Part shown: piece after piece, positions 30,713 to 41,766 of the stretch | Position numbering within the stretch: position 1 is the first letter of the stretch | How the letters are laid out: the number at the start of each line of letters is the position of its first letter | From: an uncultured Actinomycetota bacterium | GTDB lineage: Bacteria > Actinomycetota > Actinomycetes > Mycobacteriales > SCTD01 | NCBI GenBank assembly: GCA_963781675.1 | Contig: CAWAGF010000002.1 | Span: forward strand, 249,776 to 313,775 | Direction: 5' to 3' | Length of the DNA stretch: 64,000 nucleotides | Notes under the pieces: model-generated | Database searches by the model: none | Told to the model about the DNA's origin: nothing | The model's input: only the letters and a program-made list of their open reading frames with translations | Translations under genes and position numbers: made by a program

Positions 30713-32433
30713 CGCGCCAGGCCCAGCTCCACGCGGCGCTCGCGCGGCTGCACGTCGTACCAGGCGCTGACGCCGCCGGTGACCTCGTCCGGGCCGCGGC
30801 CGAGCACCTGCTCGACCATCCGTGCGACGGCCTCCGCACCCGCCCCGTCGGCCACCAGCACCGAAGCGACCTCCAGCCGCTCCATCTCGAGCAGCAGCGC
30901 CGCGACGACCTGCGGCGCGACCGGCCCGAGCCGACCAGCGGGCGCCGGCCCGACGACGCGCTCCCAGGCCGTGACGCCGCCGGTGAACGTGCCGGAGCCG
31001 TCCTCCTCCGGTGTGATGACGTAGCCGCCCACCGACCGGTAGCGGTAGTCGGCGCGGGCCTGCCACAGCATCGGCGCGCTGGAAGGGAAGCGCGGCACCG
31101 GGAAGGTCAGCGCGAGCGAGCCCTCCGGCACGCGCTCCACCGCACCGCCGGTGAAGTAGGCCGGCACGTCGGCCCGCTCGTAGGAGTACGGCCAGCTCGG
31201 CAGCAGCGGGACCGCGCACAGCAGCGCGACCGGGACCGCGACGGCGGGCCGCAGCCGGCCGCTGGCGTGCAGGCGGTCCAGCCCCACTGCGAGCACCAGC
31301 GCCGCGCAGAGCACGACGTACAGGCTGAAGCGCACCGCCGCCATGTTGTGCAGGACCGGCAGCCGGGCCACCACGGCGTACGGCAGCGGCACCCCGGTGT
31401 CGTGGTCCGCGACGTGCAACGACTGCCCCAGCGACAGCACCCACGCCACGACCCCGAGCACGGCAGCGAAGCGGGCGACGGCGACCTCGCGGAAGCGCCA
31501 CGCCAGCAGGCCGAGCACGGCCAGCAGCGGCAGCCCGAGGTAGGAGCCGTTCTCGCTGTCGTTGCCGCCCCAGCCCGTCGTCGCGTCCGTGCCCAGCACC
31601 TGGTGGATCGTCGGCACGACCGTGCCGAGCAGGTCGGCGGCGTACGGCGAGGCGTCCTGCACCGGCTCGAGCACCGCCTGCGGCCCGGCGAACAGCACCG
31701 ACAGCGGCCAGGCCGCGAGGACGCTGAGCACGAGGGCGGCGGTGGCCAGGCCGACCAGCGCGTGCCGTAGCCGCGGCCGGTCGAGGCGGCGCCGGTGCTG
31801 GAGCGCGAGCACGGCGGTGCCGCAGACGGCGACGACCAGCGTCGAGGCGAGCACCTCGAGCGTCGTCATCATCTGCGCGAAGGCGAGCAGCCCCAGCAGC
31901 GCCCCGGCGACGACCGCGCGCAGGCGCTGCCGGACGTAGAGCTCGTGCGCGAGCAGCAGCACCAGCGGGGGCAGCGCGACCAGCGACAGGTTGAGGTGGC
32001 CGGTCCCCTGCGCGACGAGGTAGGGCGAGAAGCCGTAGAGCAGCCCGGCGGCGAACCGGGCCCACGGCCACGGCGCGAACCGCCCGGCCACGAGCCACAT
32101 CGACGTGGCGCTGCCGGCGAAGGCGGCGACCGCGAGCAGCGTGTGCGAGGCGAGCACCCCCGCGGTGGCCGTCACGGGCCACGCGAGCACGCCCGGCAGC
32201 GGCAGCAGCGTGTTCCACATGAGGTTCACGCCCTCGGGCGCGACCAGGTGCGAGCTGAACCACGGCGACCGGCCGTGCGACAGCGCGTACGGCGTCCAGC
32301 CGAGGTACCAGTCGGTCTGCGGCGCGTCCTCGCAGGCGCACTGCGTCGTCGTCGCGAGCGAGCGGAAGGCGGGGAGGTGGCCGAGAACCGCCAGCAGCAG
32401 GTAGGTCAGCGGCGCGAGCAGCCGGGCGGTCAC
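30709..32433 (-). CDS. Polytopic membrane protein, putative GT-C glycosyltransferase
   Basis: [34 protein letters not shown]; many TM segments; inside the glycan locus. Confidence 0.65.
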   Translation of the reverse strand: MTARLLAPLTYLLLAVLGHLPAFRSLATTTQCACEDAPQTDWYLGWTPYALSHGRSPWFSSHLVAPEGVNLMWNTLLPLPGVLAWPVTATAGVLASHTLLAVAAFAGSATSMWLVAGRFAPWPWARFAAGLLYGFSPYLVAQGTGHLNLSLVALPPLVLLLAHELYVRQRLRAVVAGALLGLLAFAQMMTTLEVLASTLVVAVCGTAVLALQHRRRLDRPRLRHALVGLATAALVLSVLAAWPLSVLFAGPQAVLEPVQDASPYAADLLGTVVPTIHQVLGTDATTGWGGNDSENGSYLGLPLLAVLGLLAWRFREVAVARFAAVLGVVAWVLSLGQSLHVADHDTGVPLPYAVVARLPVLHNMAAVRFSLYVVLCAALVLAVGLDRLHASGRLRPAVAVPVALLCAVPLLPSWPYSYERADVPAYFTGGAVERVPEGSLALTFPVPRFPSSAPMLWQARADYRYRSVGGYVITPEEDGSGTFTGGVTAWERVVGPAPAGRLGPVAPQVVAALLLEMERLEVASVLVADGAGAEAVARMVEQVLGRGPDEVTGGVSAWYDVQPRERRVELGLAR

Positions 32434-34541
32434 GTCCCGTCGACGCGCCAGACCGACACGTGCACGGGGACCTCGCGCGCCTCGTCCGGCCGCTCGAGGT
32501 CGTTCTCCTCCCACATCGGCAGCGTCCGCTCGATGTCCAGGACCGGCGTGACGGTCGTCGGGTCGATGCCCTCGGGCAGCTCGCCGTTGTCGGCGACCAC
32601 GAAGACCGGGCGGTCCGGGAAGCGCGCCGCCGTCATCTCGATGACCGTGGTCCGGGCGTTGCCGTCGATGGCCATCGCGTCGTTGCTGGCGAGCAGGCCG
32701 GACAGCTGGCCGTGCTGGAGCCACACCGGCGTGGCGAACAGCCGGGTGACGTTGGCGCAGCACCCCTGGTCGAACTCCCAGAGGAAGACGCCCTCCTGCT
32801 CACCGGCGAGGTCGGCGATCTGCTGCGAGATGGCGAACGACCCCTTCCACTCGTCGTGCGCGCGCAGGGGCAGCGACTGCGACAGGAAGAAGGCCAGCAG
32901 GCCGGCGAGCGCGAGCACCGCGGGCACGAGGGTGAGCAGCCGGTCGCGGTGCCGCCACACGACGAGGAAGGCCAGCGCCAGCGCGACCAGCGCGAGGACG
33001 CCGGGCAGCACGGTCGGGACGTAGCGGCGGGTCCACCACAGCAGCCGGGTGGAGTTCTTGGCGTTGTAGCCGTAGACCACGAACAGCAGCAGCGTCGGCA
33101 GCACCAGCGTCCACACCGACGCGCTCCACCGGCGGAGCGCCACGACCGCGACGCCGCCCAGCATCAGCAGGAAGCCCGGCAGGCTGATGAACCAGGTGAG
33201 GCGGGCCATGATCTGCTCGTCGTACGAGCGCACGATCCGGCCGTTGTAGTCGAAGTAGGCCTCGCCGAACAGCCGCGGCCGCAGGTAGGCCAGCGCCATC
33301 AGCCCGGCGGCGCCGAGCACCACGAGGAGGCCGAGCCCGAGCTGCACGCGCCGCTGCGCGAGCTGGTCTGCGAGCCGGTGCACCGGCAGGAAGCGCAGCA
33401 CGGCAGCCAGCGCGAAGCAGCCGACCGTCACCGCGGCGACGGTGCGCAGCGGCGGGATGCTGTTGGCGTTGGAGTAGTTCAGCGCCAGGTCGTACGCCTG
33501 GTAGAGCGCGTGCGGCGTGCCGAGCGCGAGGGCGGCCGCGAACCAGGTGGCGCGCGCGTCCCAGCGGCGGGTCGCCAGCAGCGCGGCGCCGAGGCCCACC
33601 GAGAGCAGGACGAGCAGCAGGCCGTCCGCGCGGTTGAGCCAGCCGATCGCGACGAGCAGCCCGGCGAAGCCCGCCGCCGGCCGCCAGCCGGTCTGCAGCG
33701 CGACGACGATGCCGAGCAGCACGCCGAGGTACAGCGCCTGCGCGAACACCTCCGTGCTCGGGAAGCGCGCCTGCCAGACCTGCAGCATGTTGGTGGCGAG
33801 CAGCAGCCCGCCCGCGCCGGCGGCCACCAGCCCGGCTGCCGGACCGGCCCGGTTGGCCATCATGGCGCTGCCGACGCGACGCAGGACGGCGCACAGCGCG
33901 AGCACCGACAGGACCCCCATGAGGGGGACCGTCGTGAGCAGCGCGGAGCGTCCGCCGAGGTCGTACGACGTCGCCAGCAGGGCCGGCCACAGGTGGTAGA
34001 ACTGCGGGACGATCAAGCCCGTCGAGGCGTCCCGGACCCAGATCCCGGAGAAGCGCGCACCGGGCGAGGTGAGCTGGACCGGGAAGGTCGGGTCCTGCGC
34101 CGCGGTGGCGAGCAGCGGGTCGACGAAGCCGACGTCGCCGGTGCGGCTGATCGAGATGGCGTGCGAGACGTAGCCGCCGGGGTCCTTGTCCGAGACGCCG
34201 TAGGCGAAGCCCGGGAAGGTGAGCGCTGCCGCGACGGCCGCGCAGCCGAGGGCGACGCCGACCCCGGGCAGGTCGGCGGTCACGGTCAGCCGTCGGCGGG
34301 GCACGAGCAGCGCGAGCGCGACGAGCAGCCCCAGCGCCAGCAGGGACAGCCCGAGCACGGCCGGCAGCGAGTGGGCGGACAGGTGCGCCAGACCCAGGGA
34401 CACCCAGGCGACCACGCCGACCACCAGCAGCGCACCGCCGGCGAGCAGGTCCAGGCCGGTCAGCGTCAGGCGAGCGACGGCAGGGACCGCGTCGGGGTCG
34501 GGTGACAGCGTCGCGGCGGGCCCGGCGAGCGTCGAGGTCAC
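32430..34541 (-). CDS. Polytopic membrane protein, putative GT-C glycosyltransferase
   Basis: DKDPGGY, PQFYHLWP, QVWQARFPSTE, WWTRRYVP; many TM segments. Confidence 0.65.
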   Translation of the reverse strand: MTSTLAGPAATLSPDPDAVPAVARLTLTGLDLLAGGALLVVGVVAWVSLGLAHLSAHSLPAVLGLSLLALGLLVALALLVPRRRLTVTADLPGVGVALGCAAVAAALTFPGFAYGVSDKDPGGYVSHAISISRTGDVGFVDPLLATAAQDPTFPVQLTSPGARFSGIWVRDASTGLIVPQFYHLWPALLATSYDLGGRSALLTTVPLMGVLSVLALCAVLRRVGSAMMANRAGPAAGLVAAGAGGLLLATNMLQVWQARFPSTEVFAQALYLGVLLGIVVALQTGWRPAAGFAGLLVAIGWLNRADGLLLVLLSVGLGAALLATRRWDARATWFAAALALGTPHALYQAYDLALNYSNANSIPPLRTVAAVTVGCFALAAVLRFLPVHRLADQLAQRRVQLGLGLLVVLGAAGLMALAYLRPRLFGEAYFDYNGRIVRSYDEQIMARLTWFISLPGFLLMLGGVAVVALRRWSASVWTLVLPTLLLFVVYGYNAKNSTRLLWWTRRYVPTVLPGVLALVALALAFLVVWRHRDRLLTLVPAVLALAGLLAFFLSQSLPLRAHDEWKGSFAISQQIADLAGEQEGVFLWEFDQGCCANVTRLFATPVWLQHGQLSGLLASNDAMAIDGNARTTVIEMTAARFPDRPVFVVADNGELPEGIDPTTVTPVLDIERTLPMWEENDLERPDEAREVPVHVSVWRVDGT

Positions 34542-34621
34542 GCGGTCGAGAGTACGCCGCGGCCTGCCTGCCGAAGATCGACGGCGCCGGTCACCACGCC
34601 CCCGGCACTAGGCTGCCGACC

Positions 34622-35530
34622 GTGCCCGCCCCCGTCCGCGCCGCCCTGCCCGAGGGCCGGTCTGCGCTGGCCCGCGAGCGTGCCGCGGCCCAGGGACGGC
34701 TGCGCTGGGAGCTGCTGAGCCAGCTCATCCGCAAGGACCTGAAGGTGAAGTACCAGGGGTCGACCCTGGGCTTCGTCTGGAGCCTGGCGAACCCGCTGCT
34801 GCTGCTCGGCATCTACTACGTGATCTTCGCCGTGGTCTTCGACAACGGCATCCCGAGCTACCACGTCTACCTGATGAGCGGCCTGCTGGCCTTCACCGCG
34901 TTCAGCCAGGGCGTGGGATCGGCCTCCGGCAGCGTCGTCAGCAACTCCGGGCTGGTGAAGAAGGTCCGCTTCCCGCTGCTGGTGCTGCCGCTGTCCGGGG
35001 TCGGCTTCGCGATGGTGCAGTTCGCCCTGCAGTTCCCGGTCCTGCTGGTCATCGCGCTGATCAGCGGCGTGAACTTCCTGCACCCCCCGCTGCTCCTGCT
35101 GCTCCCGGCGGCCGCGCTGCTGGTGCTGTTCTCCACCGCGCTGGGGGTGCTCACGGCGGCGCTCAACGTGCGCTACCGGGACACCAGCCACTTCGTCGAG
35201 ATCGCGATGCTGATCTGGTTCTGGCTCAACCCGATCCTCTACCCGGCCGGCCTGGTCAAGACGGCGCTGGACCGGCACGGCCTGTCCGACGTGTTCTGGC
35301 TGTACTTCCTCAACCCGATGGCGACCGTCGTGTCGACCTTCCAGCGGGCGATCTACCAGACGCCGACCTACGTCGACAAGGAAGGCGTGACGCGCGAGCT
35401 GCTCGTCGACGGCGGCTACGCGGTCTACGCGCGCAACCTGCTGATGGGCTTCGTCATCGCCGGGCTGCTGCTGCTGCTCGCGCGCCGCACCTTCAACCGC
35501 CTCCAGGCCGACTTCGCGGAAGACCTGTGA
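34622..35530 (+). CDS. Polysaccharide ABC exporter permease (Wzm/TagG-like)
   Basis: KDLKVKYQGSTLGFVWSLANPL, LVKKVRFP, NVRYRD, LNPM. Confidence 0.92.
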   Translation: MPAPVRAALPEGRSALARERAAAQGRLRWELLSQLIRKDLKVKYQGSTLGFVWSLANPLLLLGIYYVIFAVVFDNGIPSYHVYLMSGLLAFTAFSQGVGSASGSVVSNSGLVKKVRFPLLVLPLSGVGFAMVQFALQFPVLLVIALISGVNFLHPPLLLLLPAAALLVLFSTALGVLTAALNVRYRDTSHFVEIAMLIWFWLNPILYPAGLVKTALDRHGLSDVFWLYFLNPMATVVSTFQRAIYQTPTYVDKEGVTRELLVDGGYAVYARNLLMGFVIAGLLLLLARRTFNRLQADFAEDL

Positions 35531-35573
35531 GCGCTCCGGAGCGAGCTGCGCGCGCCAGCGAGCAGGTGTCGCT

Positions 35574-36778
35574 GTGAGCGAGCGATCATCCTGGCGCGCG
35601 ACGTCAGCAAGCGCTACCTCACGCACTCCAGCAAGGCCACGCAGCTCAAGGAGCGCTTCGTGCGCGGCCGGGGCGGCAGCACCGAGGAGTTCTGGGCGCT
35701 GCGCGACGTCGACGTGCAGATCGGCGCCGGCGAGACGGTCGGGCTGATCGGGCCGAACGGCGCCGGCAAGTCCACGCTGCTGAAGATCCTCGCCGGCATC
35801 CTGCGCCCGACCACCGGCCAGGTCGAGGTGCAGGGCCGCATCGCGTCGCTGCTCGAGCTCGGCGCCGGCTTCAACGGCGAGCTCACCGGCCGCGAGAACG
35901 TCTACCTCAACGCCGCGCTGCTCGGGCTGTCCCGCCGCGAGGTGGACGGCCTGCTCGAGTCGATCGTCGACTTCTCCGAGCAGGGGCCGCGCATCGACGA
36001 CCCGGTCAAGCACTACAGCTCCGGGGAGTACGTCAAGCTCGCCTTCTCGATCGCCGTCCACGTCGACCCGGACGTGCTGCTCGTCGACGAGGTGCTCGCC
36101 GTCGGCGACGAGGCCTTCGCGCGCAAGTGCCTGACGAAGATCGAGGAGTTCCAGCAGGCGGGCAAGACGATCCTGCTCGTCACGCACTCGCTCGACCTGG
36201 TCACCCAGCTCTGCACCCGCGGGATCGTCGTCGACCACGGCCAGGTGCAGTACGACGGCGACGCCGCCTTCGCGGTCGGCACGCTGCGCAAGATCCTCGG
36301 CACCGACCGCCCGGTCGACGCGCCGGCCGGTCCGGTGGAGATGGGCGGCATCGTCGTGCACTCCGCGGTGCCGTCCGCCTCCCCGGGCGGGCCGCGGCGG
36401 AGCCGCTTCTCGGCGGGGGAGCCGTTCCACCTGCGGGTCGAGTGCGAGGTCTTGCGTGGTGACGAGGTCTACCCGGGCGAGGTGGGCGTCGTGGTCATGG
36501 GCGCCGGCGACATCCCCGTCTTCGCGATGCGCACGCCGAAGGGCGCCGGCCTGCCGACCACCCCGGGCCGGTACTCCGTCGACTTCTCCGCCGAGGCGGT
36601 CCCGCCGCTGAACGGCGCGTTCATCGTCGGGGTGCAGGTCGAGCACGCCGAGACCGGGCTGCCGATCACCGCCCGCAGGTTCGACGACGCCATCTGGGTC
36701 GAGACCGGCTCGCTGCCGGGCCTGCTCGACGTGCCCGCGACGACCACCGTCACCGCCCTGCACGGGAGCCCCGCATGA
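35574..36778 (+). CDS. Polysaccharide ABC exporter ATPase (Wzt) with C-terminal accessory domain; start apparently off-frame by one base
   Basis: Walker A GPNGAGKST, YSSGE, LLVDE. The in-frame N-terminus AIILARDVSKRY begins at 35582, but the likely GTG at 35574 is out of frame. Confidence 0.88.
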
Positions 36779-37593
36779 CCCGGCTCGAGAGCGACTACTA
36801 CGCCTACATGGGCTACGACCCGGAGAACGCCAAGGCCGGGCTGCGCCACTACCTGCAGTGGTTCCCGCAGGGCCCGGTGCTCGAGCTGGCCTGCGGGCGC
36901 GGCGAGTTCCTCGACCTGCTGCGCGAGGCGGGCGTGCCCGGTGAGGGCATCGACCTCGACGACGGGATGGTGGCGCTGGCCCGCAAGGCCGGCCACACCG
37001 TGCAGCTGGCCGACGCGCTGTCCGGCCTGCAGAGCCGCGCCGACGGCTCCGTGCACGGCGTCTTCTCCGCGCACTTCGCCGAGCACCTGCAGCCCGACGA
37101 CCTGGAGGCCGTCGTCGCCGAGTCGGCGCGGGTGCTGGCGCCCGGCGGGCACTTCGTCGCCGCGACGCCCAACGCCGCGTGCCTCTCGGTGATGGGTCAC
37201 GACTTCTGGCGCGACCCGACGCACATCCGCTTCTACGAGCCGCGCCTGCTCGCCTTCTACTGCGCGAAGGCCGGGCTCGAGGTGGTCGAGACCGGCGGCA
37301 ACCCCCTGAACCACGCCGGCCCGCCGCCGCACGCGCTCGCGCCCGCGGTGACCGTCGACGCCGACCTGCGACCGGACCTGGCGACCGCCATCCAGCGCAT
37401 CACCGACCCCAAGAGCAAGGGCAAGGCCGACCCCGGCTCCCCCTGGCACGTCTTCGGCCACTTCCTGTCGGTGCTCGAGGAGCGGCTGCGCACCACGCAG
37501 GAGGAGCTCACCTCGCTGCGCCGGTCGTACGCGCACCTGCTCGACGCCCTCTACCCGTCCAACGAGGTCTACGTGGTCGCCCGTGCCGTCTGA
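36775..37593 (+). CDS. SAM-dependent methyltransferase with C-terminal coiled-coil-like segment
   Basis: VLELACGRGEF, FWRDPTH, LEERLRTTQEELTSLRR. Confidence 0.85.
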   Translation: MTRLESDYYAYMGYDPENAKAGLRHYLQWFPQGPVLELACGRGEFLDLLREAGVPGEGIDLDDGMVALARKAGHTVQLADALSGLQSRADGSVHGVFSAHFAEHLQPDDLEAVVAESARVLAPGGHFVAATPNAACLSVMGHDFWRDPTHIRFYEPRLLAFYCAKAGLEVVETGGNPLNHAGPPPHALAPAVTVDADLRPDLATAIQRITDPKSKGKADPGSPWHVFGHFLSVLEERLRTTQEELTSLRRSYAHLLDALYPSNEVYVVARAV

Positions 37594-38938
37594 GCAGCAG
37601 CCGGTCGCGACGGTGGTGGTCGTCAACTGGAACGGCGAGCGCTGGCTGCGGCCGTGCCTGGACGCGCTGGTCCGGCAGCAGACGAGCCAGACGTTCCTCA
37701 CCTGGGTCGTCGACAACGCCAGCAGCGACGGGTCGGTGGCTCTGCTCGAGCGCGAGTACCCCCACGTGCGGGTGCTGCGCAACGACGAGAACCTCGGCTT
37801 CGCCGGCGGCAACAACACCGCCCTGCGCCAGGTGACGACGCCGTACGCCGTCCTGCTCAACAACGACGCGACGCCGGAGCCGGACTGGCTCGAGCGGCTG
37901 CTCGCGCCCTTCGACGAGCCGGGTGCGGAGAAGGTCGCGGCGGTGACCAGCAAGGTGGTCTTCGCGCCGCGCTTCCTGCCGCTGCGCCTCGAGGTGCCCG
38001 GCTTCGTGCCGGGCGGTGCCGACCCGCGCGAGCTCGGGCTGCGGCTGTCCCGCGTGGTGGTGGACGGCGAGGACGTCACCGGCCGGGTGCTCTGGGAGCG
38101 GCTCGTCTACGGCGCCGAGGGCGTCGACGAGGACCGCTTCTGGTGGACGCGGCCCACGGGCGAGCTGCTCGTGCCGCTGCCGCAGGACTCCGGGCCGTGG
38201 GAGGTGACGGTCGACTGGGCCGCCGAGACGGAGAAGTCGGCGACGCTGGCGTGGGACGGCGGGGAGGTGACGCTGCCGGTGACGACGGAGCGTTCCGAGC
38301 ACTCCTTCACCGTGCCTCCCGGAACCCCCGCCGTCGACGTCGTGAACAACGTCGGGTCGCTCGTGTTCACCGCCGGCTACGGCGCCGACCGCGGCTACCA
38401 GGAGGTCGACAACGGCCAGTACGACGACCCGCAGGACGTCTTCGCGATCTGCGGCTGCGCCGTCGCGTTCCGCACCGAGGCCGGGCGCGAGATGGACTGG
38501 TTCGACGACGACTTCTTCCTCTACTACGAGGACACCGACCTGTCGTGGCGGCTGCGGCTGGCCGGCTGGCGGCTGCGCTACGAGCCGAGCGCGGTGGTCC
38601 GCCACGTGCACTCGGCCAGCAGCATCGAGTGGTCGCCCACCTTCGTCTTCCACACCACGCGCAACCGGCTGCTGATGCTGGTCAAGGACGCGACGCCGTC
38701 GCGGGCACGGCGCGAGTACCTCGCCTTCCTCGGCGAGACGCTGCAGATGACGCGCCCGGTCATCGGGGCGCTGCGGCGCGGGCGCCGGCCGGCCGCGCGG
38801 CCGCTGCGTGCGCGGGCCAAGGCGACCGGGTCGCTGCTGCGGCTGACGCCGGCCGCGCTGCGCAAGCGCCGCTCCGTCGGGCGCTCCGCCGTGGTCGCCC
38901 GCGAGCGGATCGACAGCGAGCTGGTGACCAGCCGATGA
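37583..38938 (+). CDS. GT2 glycosyltransferase with an inserted domain of about 120 aa
   Basis: VNWNG, DNASSDGS, NLGFAGGNN, LNNDA, FFLYYEDTDLSWR. Confidence 0.9.
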   Translation: MPSEQQPVATVVVVNWNGERWLRPCLDALVRQQTSQTFLTWVVDNASSDGSVALLEREYPHVRVLRNDENLGFAGGNNTALRQVTTPYAVLLNNDATPEPDWLERLLAPFDEPGAEKVAAVTSKVVFAPRFLPLRLEVPGFVPGGADPRELGLRLSRVVVDGEDVTGRVLWERLVYGAEGVDEDRFWWTRPTGELLVPLPQDSGPWEVTVDWAAETEKSATLAWDGGEVTLPVTTERSEHSFTVPPGTPAVDVVNNVGSLVFTAGYGADRGYQEVDNGQYDDPQDVFAICGCAVAFRTEAGREMDWFDDDFFLYYEDTDLSWRLRLAGWRLRYEPSAVVRHVHSASSIEWSPTFVFHTTRNRLLMLVKDATPSRARREYLAFLGETLQMTRPVIGALRRGRRPAARPLRARAKATGSLLRLTPAALRKRRSVGRSAVVARERIDSELVTSR

Positions 38939-40482
38939 GAGCTGCCGTCTACAACCGCTTCTGGCACAGCCAAGGCGGCGGCGAGCGCCACTCCGGGATG
39001 ATCGCGCAGGTCCTGTCGCAGGACGGCGTCGAGGTCGACCTCGTCGGCCACACCGAGGTCGACCGGGACGAGCTGGCCGACCACCTCGGTCTCGACCTGT
39101 CCCGCGTGCAGCTGCGGATCGTCCCGGACCGCGGCGACCTGGCGCTCGCTGCGCTGTCCGAGGAGTACGACCTGTTCGTCAACGGGTCGTACATGAGCCG
39201 GCTCGCGCCGCGCGCCCGGCACAACGCCTACCTCTGCTACTTCCCGACGCCCTTCGACGTCGACCTGCCGCCGTGGAAGAAGAAGGTCGCCAAGACCTTC
39301 GGCGGCCTCGTCGCCCAGCACACCGGCGGCTTCGACTACGGCGACGGCTGGTACCCGCCCGAGGGCGGTCGCCGGCGCACCTGGCGCTGGACCTCCGACG
39401 ACGCGGTGCTGTCCTTCCCGCCGAGCCGGGTCGACCGCTCGCTGCGCCTCGAGCTCGGCGGACCGGCCCTGCCCCGCCCGGTGGAGCTGCGCGTCGAGGA
39501 CGAGAGCGGCGCCGTGCTGTTCCGCACCGGGGTGACCTCCTCCTTCGCGCTGCACCACGTACCGGTCCCGCGCTCGGTGAAGGGCAAGGAGCTGCACCTG
39601 CGGGCGCAGACGTTCGCTCCCGGCGGCACGGACACCCGCGACCTCGGCGTCGCGGTGTCCCGGATGCGCCTGGAGGGTGCGGCGTACGGGCCGCGGCAGC
39701 GGATCGCGCACCACTACCCGTGGCTGCTCAGGGCTCCCCGCGACTTCTCCTTCCTCGACTCCTACGACGTCGTGATGGCCAACAGCGAGTACACCCGCGG
39801 CTGGATCCGCCGGATGTGGTCGGCGGAGAGCGACGTGCTGTTCCCGCCGATCCAGGTGCAGAAGCTGCACCCCGCCGCCGAGCGCGAGAAGACGGTCGTC
39901 ACGGTGGGCCGCTTCTTCGCGCCGGGTCTCGGGCACGCCAAGCGGCAGCAGGAGATGGTGACCTTCTTCGCCGACGCCTCGCGCGCCGGGCGGCTGCCGG
40001 GCTGGCGGATGTACGTCGTCGGCGGCATGGAGGACTCCCAGCGCGGCTACGTCGAGCAGGTGCGGGCGGCCGGCCGCGACGTGCCGGTGGAGGTCATCAC
40101 GAACGCGCCGCGCGCCCGCGTCGAGGAGCTGCTCTCCACGGCGTCGGTCTTCTGGTCGGCCACCGGCTACGGCGGCGACGAGGAGTCGATGCCCTGGGCT
40201 GCCGAGCACTTCGGCATGACGACGGTCGAGGCGATGGCCGGTGGCTGCGTGCCCGTCGTCATCGACATGGCCGGTCAGAAGGAGATCGTGCGCGAGGGCG
40301 TGGACGGCTACCGCTGGTCGACGCCCGAGCAGCTGGTGGAGCGCACGGCGCAGGTCGCCGCCGACGGTGAGCTGCGCGCGCGGCTCGCGGCGTCCGCGGT
40401 CGAGCGGGCCCAGCAGTTCAGCGAGACCGCCTTCGCCGACCGCTGGCACGCCATCGCCGCGAAGCACTCGCTGCTCGGATGA
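38935..40482 (+). CDS. GT4 glycosyltransferase with an inserted domain
   Basis: GGGERH, ANSEYT, VGRFF, EHFGMTTVEAMAGG. Confidence 0.9.
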   Translation: MRAAVYNRFWHSQGGGERHSGMIAQVLSQDGVEVDLVGHTEVDRDELADHLGLDLSRVQLRIVPDRGDLALAALSEEYDLFVNGSYMSRLAPRARHNAYLCYFPTPFDVDLPPWKKKVAKTFGGLVAQHTGGFDYGDGWYPPEGGRRRTWRWTSDDAVLSFPPSRVDRSLRLELGGPALPRPVELRVEDESGAVLFRTGVTSSFALHHVPVPRSVKGKELHLRAQTFAPGGTDTRDLGVAVSRMRLEGAAYGPRQRIAHHYPWLLRAPRDFSFLDSYDVVMANSEYTRGWIRRMWSAESDVLFPPIQVQKLHPAAEREKTVVTVGRFFAPGLGHAKRQQEMVTFFADASRAGRLPGWRMYVVGGMEDSQRGYVEQVRAAGRDVPVEVITNAPRARVEELLSTASVFWSATGYGGDEESMPWAAEHFGMTTVEAMAGGCVPVVIDMAGQKEIVREGVDGYRWSTPEQLVERTAQVAADGELRARLAASAVERAQQFSETAFADRWHAIAAKHSLLG

Positions 40483-41766
40483 GCGTGGGCCGGGTCCGCG
40501 CCGTCGTCGTCAACTACGGCGGCGGCGAGGAGGTCCTGGCCTGCGTGCGCTCGCTGCTCGCCAGCGGCTGGCCCGACCTCGAGGTCGTCGTGGTCGACAA
40601 CGGCTCCACCGACGGCAGTCCCGAGCGGATCGAGCGGGAGCTGCCCGAGGTCCGGCTCCTGCGCTCGCCCGCCAACCTCGGCTACCCCGGGCTCAACCAG
40701 GCCCTCGAGGACCTCACCGGCGTGGACGCCGTGCTCGTGCTCAACCCCGACGCGGTGCTCGAGGACGGCTGCGTGCAGGCGCTCGCGGCGGCCCTCGACG
40801 CGGACCCCGGCGTCGGCGCGGCCTGCCCGCTGATCCTGCTCGACGGCGGCTACCGCGAGGTGCGCCTCGCGCTGGACGGGCCGGCCCGGGCCGGCCTCGA
40901 CCTGCTGGCGGTCGAGGGGCCGGCCGGTGGCACCTGACCGGCCCGCGGGTGCGCCGTCGCTGGCTGCGCGGGGTGGCGTGGTCGGTGGGCGACGGCAGCA
41001 TCCTGCGCACGACGGGCGAGGCCGTGACCCTGCGGGTCCGGGCGCACAGCCGGTGCGCCTGCGGCTGACGTCCGGGACGCACGAGGCCGCGGTCGACGTC
41101 GGGCGACGCCCGGTGCAGGTCTCGCTGCCGGTGGGCGGCGAGCCGTTCCCGGTCGTGCAGAACGCCGGGTCGGTGATCGGGCCGCACGGCCTCGGGATCA
41201 ACCGCGGCTACCACCGCCCGCTCGGGCCCGAGCTCGCGCAGCCGGTCGACGTGCCCGCCTGGTGCGGGGCGGCCGTCCTGCTGCGCAGCGACTACCTGCG
41301 GGAGGTCGGCCTGCTCGACCCGCGCTGGTTCCTCTACTACGAGGACACCGACCTGGCCTGGCGCGGTCTGCTGCGGGGCTGGCGCCACCGCTACGTGCCG
41401 CAGGCGCGGGTGCGGCACGCGCACTCCACGACGATCGGGCACGGCAGCGGCCTGTACGACGTGCAGCACCACCGCAACCGCGTCCTCACCGTCACCAAGA
41501 ACGCACCGCTCGCGGAGGTCGTCGCCACCTGGCGGGACGCGCTCGCCCTCGTCGGGCAGCAGCTGCGCGGCGACGTGGTGGCCCGGCTGCGCGACCGCCG
41601 CGTCCCCGAGCCGGTGCTGACAGCGCGACGCCTGCGCGGGCTGGCCTCCGCCGCCCGGCTGACCCCGTCGGTCCTGCGCGACCGGCGGACCACCCGGCAG
41701 GATGCGGTCGCGGACCAGAGCCTCCCGGTGCTCGGCCGGTGGCACGACCCGGCAGGAGCCTCCTGA
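40479..41766 (+). pseudogene. GT2 glycosyltransferase with two apparent frameshifts (about 40920 and 41045)
   Basis: N-terminal VNYG/DNGSTDGS/LNPD and C-terminal GAAVLLR/FLYYEDTDLAWR lie in different frames, linked by a third-frame segment. May be sequencing error. Confidence 0.8.
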
